The notes under the pieces are model-generated. The model was not told where the DNA came from, made no database searches, and saw only the letters and a program-made list of their open reading frames with translations. From Tubiluchus corallicola (lineage: Eukaryota; Animalia; Priapulida): a stretch of 64,000 nt of DNA. Where the stretch lies: assembly GCA_030141605.1 (NCBI GenBank), contig JAQGDQ010000006.1:1116001-1180000 (forward strand). Direction: 5' to 3'. The translations under genes were made by a program, and so were the position numbers. Of this stretch, positions 26,701 to 40,000 are shown piece after piece. Every line of letters begins with the position of its first letter. Position 1 is the stretch's first letter.

Positions 26701-29700
26701 TTAAAGATGAGACAGATGAGAATATGGAAAAAGTTCCTTGAACAAAGGCACAAGCATGAAACTCTTATGATAGCTGCAAACACTACTAGAGCGACAAGAA
26801 GTAATTTGATAAAGTGTCCGAACAATTTACCTCAGATGCATAATCGTGATTATGAAGAGCATAAGCGATAGCAATTAAAGAACTCAGTAAGATCCAGCCA
26901 ATCAACTCAGTGCCGCACCTACGTAATAATGAATCACATCTTAACACCACCTACAATACCAGCAAATGCCATTGAATGACATGGTATCGCATACACCCAC
27001 TTGAGATTACAATCTCACAGACTCAAGGTGGAGACAGAAAGATTGTATGATGAGCAGCATGAGACTAGGTTGTGCCGATGTGGGCAAACTCATACAGAGC
27101 ATCATGTGATAGCTGTGCGTTCAATAACAGAAGATATTAGCAGACAATACCTTCATGTAGATTACAATAATTTAAACGAATTCTTTTTATATTAAAATAG
27201 GTTTAGTACTTTTATATTGTGCTTTGAAATTTTAAATACGTTTGACATTTAACAGGTACATAATTTAGGATTTTATTTTAATATTTTCTTCATCTTCTGT
27301 GTGCTTAATGATAGCCATGTAATAACGCATTTATTTAACATGGACTGTAAAGATCAGTTACCCCATCTGTGTATGTAATGCACTCGGAACTTTTATTATG
27401 GTCATAGAATAGCTAACTAACTAACTACAAAACACAATGACATTAAAATTAACGTTTATTGCCGATTTTTTAGGGATGTGGTAAACTATGCAGCAGAAGA
27501 GATAAAGAATTATAAAAGGTTTGGTTTCATTCCTGGTTTTTAACTGATTCAGTCATTCAGAGGCGAGAGACTTAAAGATATCCTGGTCCTGAGCTTAGTA
27601 AAATACCAGCGCATGTATTTGTACCAATAATGTTTTACTTAAAAACATGCAATAAACCCTCATTGTAACAAACTAACTGCTTAACAACCAATGGTCTGCA
27701 ATAATCCAACGACATGTACATCTTGTAGGAAAAAGGCCCCTAGCAAATCCATTAAAGAACATTATTAACATAATATAAACATACAAGTACCTGTGCCACA
27801 ATAGACAATGTATAAGGCTGTGAATCAACAAAAATGCTGCTCTAGCAATGTCTGCAGCCATCAAAAGAGTGTTGTGCTTGTGCCTTTGTTCAAGGTCTTT
27901 TTCCACATACTGATCTGTCTCATCTTTAACGAGTCTGGAAATGCAAGGTATCCTAATTCTAACAAAACCAGAAGCACTAGTGATTCATAATTTTTGCTAT
28001 TCCTTCCAAGTTGACTCTCTTTATAATGGAAGAGCCTGCTATAATGATGGCATATGTCTGCACTTTGATGACATGCTGTGCATTACGTATAGTAGTCACA
28101 GTAGTCAAAGTGTGTGTGATTACTGTACATGCTGTACAGCATGTCATCTAAGTCCGGACATATGCCATCGTTATAGCAGGCTCGTCCATTGTAAACATCA
28201 GTGAAATTTGAAAGAATAACAAAAATAATCCTTATATCCAAAATCCATTATATGAAGATCTACTATAACGAAAGTTTACTGTAACAAAATTACAAAATTT
28301 AGATTTTTTTGTATGAGCCTTATCTTAGTCTTAAATGCTTTGATCAGAATTTGTTTGGTTTTAAACAATATCTGTCTTAATCTTGGTTATATCACACAAG
28401 ATTGCTCTTAGACTCTTAGATAAAACAGCGTTATACGGTCTTACTGACTCGTAGGAAGTAAAGTTTCAACATTTACAAAAAATTAGGAGCTGATAAGAAA
28501 CAAACAAACTTTGTGCAAATTGCCAAAATGCTACCAGTTATTATTACTTCCATACTTTGTTTAATGAATTGTATGAAATAAAAGATAATATATTATAGTT
28601 TTCTTAAAGACCAAATTTAAAAGTGCTTCATGTGAAACAAAAGTAATTTACTTTAATAAGTAATATAATAATGGGAGAAACAAACAAGCAAATGCGCTTA
28701 TGGTTTTTGGCATTACACACTATTCTTAATAAAAATGAAAAATAAAAGACTATATTTTAAGAAATTACATATGTATAAATGACAGTATAAATGACAAATA
28801 CTATTAAATCTTTGTAAAGCTGCAACTTTTCCAAAAATTTTCCGTTTTTTTTAAATAAAAGTTTTCTTAATTTTCCCAGGACATTACCACTAGCTTTGAT
28901 GAGTGGAGTAGCATTTGTAACATTTATTTATCTGCTGACAAACATAGCTTACCACACAGTTCTAAGCAATGACGAGATATTAAGTGCTAGTGCAGTAGCA
29001 GTGGTAAGTCAAAAGCATGCTCTCTTACTCTTCAGCCTTTACTTCCAGTTACTCTGTTTGGAAACCTAAATCATGGAAAACGTATCTTAAACATTTTAAA
29101 ATAAAGTGCAAGACATTGTGAAATTTTTCTACTGCTGACTTCTCTAGGTGTATGAAGTGTGGTATAGCAGCCAAATGCTAAAAAAAGACAGCCAGCCAAG
29201 AGACTTCTTGTTTTTGTCTGTTTTAGCAATGGGCAGTGTGTTACTATGTTTACATAGCTGATAAGAAACAAAATTAGGGTTAAAATTTATAAAATCTTCT
29301 TGCTTCTTGACAAAATGTTCTCTTCACTGCACAATTAGAGCCACCTAAAAATTTCAAAATGTTTTAATTAAAGAATGTTACTTTAGTGAAATAAATAAAT
29401 TTTAGCTACAAATGCATATAATACATAACAACACATTGTTGTGATGCTATTAACAAACTAAGATATCATAGTTTCACTTTATCGTTTTTGATTTTAGTTA
29501 TTTGCCGAGAAGACATTAGGTAAACAGTGGAGTTGGATAATACCTGTTTTTGTATCCATCTCTGTATTTGGTGCTACCAATGCAAGTGTATTCTGTGCAA
29601 GCAGGTATGGCATACAAGGGCAACATAGCAACACTAATCTAGCTTAGAAAGGTACCTGCAAATAAATTAAGCTTAATTAAACCTAAAAGTCCTGTCACCA

Positions 29701-31923
29701 GCCATTGATGCACTGTCCAAAAATTTTCGAGTTTTCTTTTTGTACACGTTATCAAAAACGAAAGAAATTTGTGTTTGGAATGTGGAAAATTGTTTGGAAA
29801 GCAAAGGAGAACCACAGCAAAGTCCTAGGATGAATTTGATGCTAACAGAACAAAAAAATTCAACCACACATAACACAAGTTGCTAAAAGCATATTCTTTC
29901 CAATAATTTTTATTTTCTGCATGCCTTTTTTAGCATTACGCAGTCTTGCAAAAGCTATTATCATACTTACGCACTAATGTACAAGACCTAATGATAACAA
30001 TGTAATAATACTCAAAACAGATACAAATGAAAACGGAACATTTTATTAATTTAACAGCACTGTGGTTAATTTTCAGAGGTTTCTTTGCTGGGGGGAGGCA
30101 ACATCACTTTCCCGCATGTTTAGCTATGATAAATGTGAAGCGATACACTCCACAGCCTGCACTACTGCTTATCGTAAGTTGTACAACATGTTAAAATGTG
30201 CAAAAAACAATATGTACAAAAAGAAAATTTTGTAAACGAACTTTCATGATTATCACTTACAGGTACCGCTCGACTATATAATGACTAAAGTGACTACAAA
30301 GTTGTTAATTTAAAATTTAAAAAAATGTTAAACAAGTAAATTTTCACTTATAGTTCAAACAAAAATAAGTATTTTCGTGATAAACAACAACACCAGTTTT
30401 TTCGATTTAGGGCAGTATATCATGTATCTTAATAGCGCTGGGAGAAGGCAATCTGTATGTCATACTAAACTGGACAGCATTCATTAACTGGACTGTTGTC
30501 ATGGCATCTACCTTAGCCTTGCTATATATAAGATGGAGAGACAGAGGAATTCCCAAGCCACTGCAGGTATGAGCACATAGGATCTTTACAGGTTAAAGGT
30601 AATTTTTTAAAGTTTTATAATAAAAAAATGTAAACCAAGTCTAAATTGCATAAATTGATGCTACTTGTCATCTAGCACAAATATCAAGGCTAGTGCCTAC
30701 AATCCTAACAAATCCCTCACCCAAAAAAATTAACTGCAAAAGGTAATGACTGTATAAAGTGTATATTGCTAATTAGGTTGGTGAGCAGTTGTGTAGCCAT
30801 GTGTGTATGCTGTGTGAGCAAAGTCAAGCCATGCAGAGGATGGTCATTGAAGACTCACTCTGGGTATTTTATCTTGCTGAGAGTATATGTATAATAGAAC
30901 TACATTTAAGATAGGTCTGTCAGTTTCAAAAGCTCAAAATTAAGAGCTTAGTCTTGATAATGAGTTGGGATCCAAGCTCGCTACTAAAATTAACATTAAA
31001 TAGGCTCAGCCCACATTGTTGAATGCTGGATTCTGGCTTGCAAGTTTCAAATTGTGTACAAAGGCACACATTATGAAATTAAGGCGGTTTAAAAGGATAT
31101 CAAACCTTTCTTCATTCTTCATTTTAGTTTCCCATCATTGTGCACATACTTTTCCTACTTTGCACGATGTTTCTTGTATTTGTTCCGTTTTGGGAACAGC
31201 CAATAGAAAATGCCATTGGAGTGACGTTTCTTGCAGCTGGAGCAATAGTGTACATAGTATTTGTTGTCTGGCAACCGGACATCCTGCAAATGATGAGTGG
31301 TAAGTTTCATTACACAAATATTCAAAATACAAACCATAACAGATCAATGCAGACTTGTTCCCAAGTTAATGAGTTCGCTTTTAAGTTCCTTAACTAATTG
31401 TTTTAGATTTTTAATGTTTAAAAATAACTTCTGCATTAATGTTTACCTGGCAGGTGGATTGTGAAGCACAAGAAATTTAATTACCAAAAACATTTATTTT
31501 GCGAAAAACTTGTTGCAAAGAAAACAAGAGCTGCACTCTTTTAATGAAATGATCAACACTGATAATATAAGAATTATTATATTATCACACTAAAATAAAT
31601 AACACACTTGTGTATTGGTTTCTTCACCAACATTTTTAACTTGCTCATGGTGAAATTAAGTAGTTATAAGCAAATGCTTTAAGTCGGCAGTTAACTCTGC
31701 TGAATATTCATTCGAATTTATGACACAGATATTGACACAGGACTCACGCAGGTCTATCTACAGACATTCTTTCATGAAACTGTTAAATGTCACCTGTCAT
31801 GCTTTTACAAATGTGGTATGGTTGTTTTTCTTTATATGGTTTCTAGGCAAAATGACTATCTTTTCACAACTGTTTCTTGAATGTGGATTTACAGAAGAAT
31901 ATGTTAAGGAGTATGCAGACTGA
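17792..31923 (+). CDS. SLC7 L-type/heteromeric amino-acid transporter light chain (b(0,+)AT/SLC7A9-like), 10 coding exons, 508 aa
   Basis: Exons 17792-18314, 22036-22161, 22306-22405, 27474-27518, 28880-29003, 29498-29604, 30077-30173, 30411-30566, 31128-31299, 31847-31923 join in frame (1527 nt). Motifs IIGSGIFISPKGVL, GALTYAELGT, SGGDYAY, PIFPSGC (heavy-chain disulfide Cys), ALAFYSGLWAYTGW, EEIKN, TPQPAL. Exact orthologue is uncertain. Confidence 0.93.
18335..18835 (-). mobile_element. L2-clade LINE 3' fragment
   Basis: The minus strand encodes PRSKHVTFGDRAFIVAARKLWNSLP...FQNKLKT (L2 ORF2 C-terminus), followed by an AT-rich 3'UTR and an (aat/aag)n tail. Confidence 0.75.
22733..23460 (+). 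repeat. Near-identical higher-order tandem duplication (period about 273 bp) at the 5' end of the intronic LINE
   Basis: Five copies of a ~72-bp block (ttagtagtgaaatttatata...aatcgatcaga) alternate with a ~110-bp block and a short cttcgaaaagacac linker; tttggaaaag recurs at 22911 and 23184. Confidence 0.9.
23460..27427 (+). mobile_element. Near full-length decayed non-LTR retrotransposon (ORF1 + APE-RT ORF2; possibly RTE-X-like) in SLC7 intron 3
   Basis: ORF1 remnant with coiled coil and NVIISGVPE; ORF2 remnant with ILLMGDFNGRVG and SNHAPI (APE), KSGGPDGI, YRGIS, FVNFEKIFDKV, GVK*GSPSSCTLF and LLMIDDTAL (RT), and RLQSHRLKVET...CRCGQTHTEHHV (C-terminal Zn knuckle). (CTAA)n tail at about 27414-27427. 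Many stops and frameshifts. Confidence 0.9.
27839..27978 (-). mobile_element. Inverted fragment of the same LINE family (matches about 26654-26792)
   Basis: The reverse complement aligns to ttttgttagaatcaggatacc...ttaaagatgagacagat...ccttgaacaaaggcacaagca; the translations share LEQRHKH. Confidence 0.85.
27982..28230. mobile_element. Foldback/palindromic MITE, arms about 110 bp
   Basis: aatggaagagcctgctataatgatggcatatgtc...gatgacatgctgt versus acagcatgtcatc...gacatatgccatcgttatagcaggctcgtccatt. Confidence 0.85.
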
Positions 31924-32329
31924 ATGATGACCTCAGTCGATCCTCAAGCCAAGATGAAGAAAATCAACAAATAGTGTGGTTAGGTTTCACAATAATTATA
32001 TAGCCAAGCAAATTAAAACTTCGTTGGCAAACAATTGCTGCATAGCAAGATGCAAGTCCGGGGCTACACAAACACACACTACAATTAAAATACAATAAAG
32101 TGGTGCTTTAAAATTTCAGCATGTCATATCGCCTTCATTACTTAACCATGAATCATATAGGGTAGGGGAAACCACTAAATACATATACATACTTCACATT
32201 ACATTGTTATAATTACATATTATAGTTACATTAATAATTACAAAACTTGTTGAAACGCCGTAACATAGGTTGAACACTTTGCTCTAATGCTAGTGAACAA
32301 ATGAATTCACATCAGCCATTTCCAAATAC

Positions 32330-32605
32330 AGTATTCTATTTGGTGAAAAAGCCTTTTCTGTTTGTGCTCCGCATCTCTGGAAAAAGTTACCTGTTGCTAT
32401 ATGCTCTGTAAGTTCATTAGATTCTTTTAAACAAAATCCTAAAATACATTTGTTTAGATTGTACTTTTTATAGTGAATTATTTTAATTTTTTAATGTCTT
32501 TCAAATTTTGTATCTTATGAATTTTAAATGTATTTTACTGTTCAGCATGCTGAGATTTTAAATTATGTATTGTGCTATATAAATATATATATATATTATA
32601 TTACA
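32330..32605 (+). mobile_element. L2-clade LINE 3' fragment
   Basis: Encodes FGEKAFSVCAPHLWKKLPVAICSVSSLDSFKQNPKIHLFR, followed by a 3'UTR and a (TA)n tail. Confidence 0.75.
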
Positions 32606-34821
32606 TTACCTGTGAAAATTGACTACCCTATACAGAACTTGTTGCTACCTGTGAAATTCGTAGCAAAGTGAAATAGCTCAATAAAGATGCAAAAATAAGT
32701 AAATGAAATAAACACCTCTTACCTGTGGGCTTTCATCAGATGTAAATCAAATGTCAAGACAATTTTCAGCTTTGGCTTCAAGCAGAATTAATGTTTCAAA
32801 TTTAGTCATACCACCAGTGTCTTACATTCACAAAAAATTTGAGACAAAAATAATCCCTTTCGAACTGCACGTCTGCAAGCAAACTGATCACAGGGCAGAG
32901 TAAACCGCTTTCAGACTTCTACATGAATGCACAGCCTACTCTAGGTATCTTTTTTTTAACTCGGAACTGGTATCTTAGTATAAATGCTATTCTCGTTTCT
33001 CCTAAGTCTCGTTACACCACAAATACACCTGCCCAGAGTTCAAAATCGAAGGTTGCAAGTATTAAAATAAGCAAAATACATAAGGGATGTGAAAATAAAT
33101 AGCCAACAGATTATTTAGATTTACTTACAAAGATCTTTGATGTTCAAAACATACATTAAAAACCAATACATTAACAAAATATATGAATAAAGTAAACTTG
33201 TTGGCTGGGATTATTAACCTTTTTGTACCATATAGCCTTTATCAGGAAAAGTGGTTAGCATATAGATATCAAAGACACAAGCAGCAGAAGCCAAGGAAGT
33301 ACACAATAATTCACAGGAATTTACTAGAAACATCGCATCTTTCTCAATTTCTTTACTGACAGTTGTTGCCAATAAAAATTTTAACTTTAATTAAAAACCT
33401 TTAGGATCTAGGTAGAGCAAAATTTGATGTGGAAATTCAGAATACTTGCACTCCACTAGTTTTAATTTTTAGTATTTCTAAATGTTATTGTATACCGAAA
33501 AGTAGTAAACTGTTTTAACCTTTATAGAAACATTGTGGCAGTATAAACTTTACAACAATATCATTTAGCTAAAGAATAAATAAACATTTAAATCAATACC
33601 TTTTGAAAAGTATCAGGCAGAACTAGTATAACAATAACAATCAAATATCCTTGATGTTTAATAACAAATAGTCTTCCATACATTAACTATCAGGAACAAA
33701 CACAATGATGACAACCCCATCGATATCTCTCTTTACTGTTATAAATTAAGCAGTAAGCAATTGCCAGTGTTGTTAGATAGGTTTATAGTAGCACACAATC
33801 TATGTACATTTCACTGTAAAAATACTGAAAATAAAATTCCTTACAGTAAATCCTATGCAAAAAATCTCAAAATGTTTCATTTTTCAAATGATCAGAATAT
33901 GAAGCCTAACTCAAGTAGATACATGTAAAATTACTGTTTTCTGCTTTCGAAGATTAACAGTTATCTTGTCCTAACAATACTTTTATCATTTTACCTAATT
34001 ACTTAAAATCCAGTGTAATCACCATGCTGTCGCCAACTGGAGCACGAACATTGTTCAAATTTAATAATAAATATGAGTACAGCACTATTGAATTTGACAA
34101 AAACGTTCAATGTATATTTGTTGCATCTTGTTTAAATCCTGCAACTGAGGGTTTCTACTACAGATTTACAGCACATTTTAACTGCATCTTTACCAGTGTG
34201 ACAAAATGGTAAGCTTATATCATAATATCAAGTACATTCAGGCTCTTTTACATTCTTTTCCCTGTCATACCTCTAAAATGGTACAGGCTCAAAGCTTGGT
34301 ACTAAAAATGCAATTACAGCTGTTGTGTTCTCTCTAGTTTTAAAAATGTCTGACAATTTCTTCTTATTTTAAGCAAGGCCCAAAACTCAATCACAGTAGT
34401 ATATAACAGAAGACGACCACAAGTAATGTTTTCAAAGCTTGCAGTCTGAAACAGAAAAAATAAGCCTTAAAAGCAAACCAGCTTCCTTTAGTTCAGTTTT
34501 AATTTTAATAGATTGTGATACCAGCACTGCAAACAGTGCTTGTAAACACTATATTTGCAGAATGTGGTGACTCAATCAAACCTATTGCCAGGAATGACGA
34601 AGCATAATAAGATGGTGCTTTTTAAAGGTATTTAGTTTAATTTCTTTGAATTATAGCACCTTACAGAAGATAAACTTCAGAATTTGAAAAAAGAAATTTC
34701 AATCAGGATTAGCATAACTATCCAAAATGCACATGTATACAAGTCTGAGTACTAGTGGTAACTTAAAATATCAACTAAAATCTATTGTTGCACATTTATG
34801 TGTGACTCACCATAGCATCTT

Positions 34822-36967
34822 TCATGTTGACTGCAAATCTAAACTTCTATAATCTTCCAATGTTATAGTTTTGTGGGGATAGCCCTCAAGATCAACTATT
34901 AGGTAGTGAAAATCATAATGTCGCTTTTCGTTCTGTAAATTAGTGATTAAAAATTGGTTGAGCAACCAGTAGCAGTGCAAATGATATATACATAAGTATT
35001 ATTAAATGTCTAATGTTGATAATATGAAAGCAATTTCAAATATTAAAATTAATATTAGTAAATAAAAACTTTGCCATAACATTTTCTATGAAATGTGTCT
35101 GCAACAGATGCATGTTATTAATTAAAATTTATGGCAACGACATTAAATAAAGAAATCTTAATTTAGTATCTGTTATTGTCAATCATTCACAGATCTGACA
35201 GCTATTAATCGATAAGCGAATGATCACAAAAGTTTATCAAAAGCATTGGCCTCGTGACTCATTTCCTCAACAACTTCGTAGACCTTTAGAATAAAATTTA
35301 AAAAAGCGACAAGAACTAAAAAGGAGTATATATAAGAGACGATATAATCATTAAAATATAGAAGAACACGTTTATCCTATTTGTGGTAACTTAAGGCTAG
35401 TCAATTTAGCGGGTCTATCATTTCTTGACACCATTTATAGTATTTTAATAAACATTGTTAAAACATTGTAAGAGACAGTCACATTTATGACAAAAAAATC
35501 TATCTGCAACTTCATACTTCTATTTATTCACAAATGTTTGTATGACTACAATAAAAGGAAGAAACATGAAATATTCTCAGTGTAAGATAAAATTTAAGCT
35601 AGTAGCTTGTATGCTGGTGTGAAATGCAATAGTTTTGTAATTATGTAAGTTGGACTGGTTCACACACAGTTTTGAGTTCAGGAAAATAATTAAAAAATTT
35701 TTATTTATCATATTGTCACAATTTAATTTAAACTCTCCTCACCTTTATCACTTCAACATGTACATTAGCTTTCCTATATGGACCTTGTATATAAAACCTC
35801 ATTCTCATGTGATTTACTCCATGCTGATCAACAAATTCACTATGCAGAACATGACGCCTTCGGCCTCTACTAGATAACTCACCATAACCTTTTATTGGCG
35901 TGCCTAAAACATCTGTGATCTGAAAAAAGGCAATTAAACTAAAATGATAACTTGGTACTAGCATTACAGTCACAGCTATTCATTTCTAGTGTCTGTTTTG
36001 TTATATGAATGATATCCTAGTATGGAAACACCAATTTATCTAGTTTCAATCCAGGTTGTAGTACAGCAATAAAGTGAGAAAGTTTTTTGCTCAATTTCAA
36101 ATTTCACGTATTATACACCTATTTTTAGCTAACTTTCAGAAGCACAAGCTCATTCTGTCAGTTTAGAGATTTCTCCAGAAATGCTCCAGTTTTCCCCATG
36201 GTATTTTTTGTATGGAAACTCTAAAATAACTTTTTCCCATTTAACACTAAAACAGCTTTCTTTCTAAAGTGCCATAGCTGTTCAATGGAAAAAATAAAAG
36301 TCACGACACTACTGAGAGCTATTTAATGCTGAAGGTGTTTCTGGCCAGATGCTTCAGACTTTTAATTCAGGTATACTCATGTTGGCAGTATTCGTGACAT
36401 ATGTACATTACTTATAAAAAGTAACCACCAACAAGCTATGGTAACATAGAATTCAGAAAGAATGAAGACGTACCCGCTGGAAGAAAAGTATGCTGAAATG
36501 ATGATTCTCTGTATACTCTATATTCTTGGAGTAACAAGCAGTAGTAGTTAATTTTTTAATGGCATTTGGCTTTTGGCCTACATGATGCAAAAGTTTTTTC
36601 ACAAGGAATAATATTGGTAACAATGAAATACAGCAGTATTAGATTTCAGACATTTACGATATTTGAAATCTCTTGCACACAAAATCCTTTATTAACTCAC
36701 GCGTGGATCTTTTTTACACTTGTTGAAGGCCCTGCTATAGACACCATTAGGACTGTCTCCAGAGAAAAGTTCACTAAATATGGTATAAAACATAAAGCCT
36801 GTAACACAAAAATGAAGTCAATAAGACGCTGCAGTGCTACTAACTTTCACACGCAAGTTCAGTAACTGAGTGCAAGGACTTGTTAACAACCAAAGTGTTG
36901 GATTGGATGGGTGCACGCCAGCAGAACTTCCTTGGGCAGTTTTAACCTGTTTTACTCGATGAGGAAT

Positions 36968-37031
<64 letters not shown>

Positions 37032-40000
37032 CGTGCGTGTGTGTGTGTATATATGCCAGCTGATTAGACCCCTTAGGCAAAATGAGTTAAACTTAGATAT
37101 ACTACCAATTGGAATGTTAATCAAACAAAATTCTGAAAATATTTATACCTGTGACACCAAGACCTCCTACAATAACAACTAACCAAGTTGCATCTTTGCT
37201 TGTTTGTTTAACTGAAACACAACAGAAAAATAATGATTACACAACAGTTAAAAAAAACTTACAATTATTACAAAAAACTTAATTAAAGTACGTAACAAAT
37301 AATTTCATTATTTTAGATAGGTCATAACAGTGAAAGGGTTACCTGAATAGTGATTAGCTAAAGAAAAAGAAATATTTTGTTGATACTATATTGAGTGAAA
37401 TTTTGTTGTCATGATTTGACAGTAAATGTGTGGTATAGCATTCAACATGCTACAAAGTGCACAATCAAATTTTAATCTAGAACTGTTCTGTAGATGGTGA
37501 CACATGCAACAAATGATAGAATCTTTAAAACTAAGTAAGCAGGCTAAATTTTACTGTATACACTTATTTTGAAACATTTTGACATGCTGCTGACAAGGAA
37601 TTGGAGGGAGAAGGCACCAAGAGAGAAATGCAGTAGTACAGTCCTGTATGGTACTCTCCTGTAATAGCAGAGTCCTACATAAAATGAACCAGATACACAT
37701 TCATAAAAATCAATATAAGAGGCTGTATTCACTTGCAGCGGAAAGAGAAAGCCCCAATAATAATTCATCGAGGTACGTATTCCAAAATCATAGGTTTTCA
37801 GCAGAATTTCAAGACTAATAAAAAGCGGAACATAAAAACAGACAATCCAAGTCCGATATGGAGGAAAGATGAGCATACCATTCTGCTCTAATATGGGTGT
37901 CCCTCAAGGCAATTAATGAACAAATGAACTACAAGACATAAAATGTTCACTTAGCCACCATTTAGCAAAATATACGAAACCTTAACGTCAGTAATACGAG
38001 GATGAAACAATATGAGGAGGTAATGATTCATGAAAAAATGTAAATATATTGGTAGCTTGTTAGATACCAAAGCTGACATACAACGAAGGAAAATTCTAGC
38101 ACTGTCTGCTTATTCAGATTTCACGAAGGTTTTAGAAAATGAAAGACATTCTCTCGAAACCTTTTAACCTTAGCTGAACCTATATTTTTTAAACAATGAC
38201 AAATGAAGGAAATTGAAACCTTTCCAAGAAGTCTCTACAAAAAGTCAATTGATATCAAATGATATGACAGATTATCCAGTGACGATCTGTATGATGTGGT
38301 GAAGAACTCTTGGGGTAAACAAATTCAAATAAGAAAGCTGTACTGGACTGGGCATGTACTAAGAGTGCCACATAAATCTCCTTTTCTTATAGGGTTATGT
38401 AAAGCACTTGAAACACCAAAAAAGCTGAGAGGGGGTTAGTTACTGATGTATATAGATACACTGCAAAAAGATCCAGCAAATATACATCTAGATTTGAGAG
38501 ATGTGTCGAAAAAGCTCGTCAATATGGCGTCTCGAGGCACAGTACCTATTTTTGTGATAAACCCGGTTTGCTTGGATCCGTCCCTAATTAGTGAATGTGC
38601 AACTATCTTGTACAAATGAGAAGTCTGCAGGTTGTATTATTTGGTGCTCTGCCTAACTGCCCTTCAATGGACCACTTACCTACTGATGCCAAATAGATTT
38701 TTTGTGATATCTATTCATTTTCTGGGCAATCTATATTGTGTTGAAATAGGATGTTGTGTGTTGCCAAGGACAATCTGGCCCTGATCATATTGTAAAATCT
38801 CCATAATAAATATTCACATATCTTAATTTCCTGTCCTTGATTTTCTTCAGATATACATCAATATAATGTAGAAAGCAGCAATATTAATAATATCATGTTT
38901 GACTGTGTCTGAAGACAAAGAATAGGTTTTCGAATTTGGGGCAAAATTTAGACACCAGTCTCGCTGTCCCGCCTTTACGATAAAAAAATCACAACAACAA
39001 AACTCATTCTCCTTTATTTTCGACATGATTCATCGTGAGCACTAGGCAGTAGTGGCAGACAGGAGTGCCTGGCATCAACGGGTGACAGTCCGTGGGACGT
39101 GCCATATTTTAGAACATATAAGCACACCAGTAGTTACAAATAAAAATTGATCATTTGAACATTTAACTTTTTGACTTAGCAAAGCTTTTCTACTTGAGAA
39201 ACTCTGAGTATGAATAATGATTACTTATATTTCTTTCACATTAATACCCGTGTTATCCAACCTTAGCACATTTTTGTTTTAAAATCCATCATTAAAAATA
39301 TCATTCTCATTTAAGTAGTGTCATCAATGCCCAAGCTATGCATTTTTATTTTTTCAAACCTCATGTTAAATAATTATGATTCTTATGCAGTGAAACTATA
39401 ATCATTTCTTCACGCAGTCCTGCATATTAATGTCTTATATCATTCCTTTTTCTTTTGCATTATCATAACTCAGATTTTTATTTTGAAATCTGATGCTGAA
39501 ATACATATCAGTTATCATTGTTATTTAGTAGTGTAATCATAAAAATTTCTCCACATAGCCCTGTATATCTTATAACTCTGTTTGGATTGACAAAATTATT
39601 AATTCTGTAACTATTAAATTGTCCAATTGATTCCTATAAACTTGCATAGTGAATATATATAATTATATATATATTCACCTGTTAAACATAGCGTCTAATC
39701 CCTAAACAAATTCTGTCAATGTGCTGTATATAAGGGTAGTCTTTTTAGGACTTTTTGGTAATACACTCTGTTCCGCACTGGTTCTCCCTTTAAATACAAG
39801 TTTAATTATTGACTGCCTGTAATTCTCTTGTGTAAAATAATATAATATTATCTCAAGTGCGATAGACAGGCACATTGTAAGAAGCTTTGAGCTGCATGTC
39901 CCCCTGCACAAACTCGTGAAGCGCTAATTACCTAGTGTATACTATGGTGCGCTACTATATGTTTTGTTTTATTAGTTTATTTTACGTATAGATGTAAAAT

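Noticed and set aside
36942-37182. ORFs with CVCVCV/THTHTH
   Set aside because: Translations of the (GT)n microsatellite; the same applies to 50386-50646.
38522-39106. Possible MITE with TATGGC...GCCATA ends
   Set aside because: Terminal match is too short and no TSD is visible.
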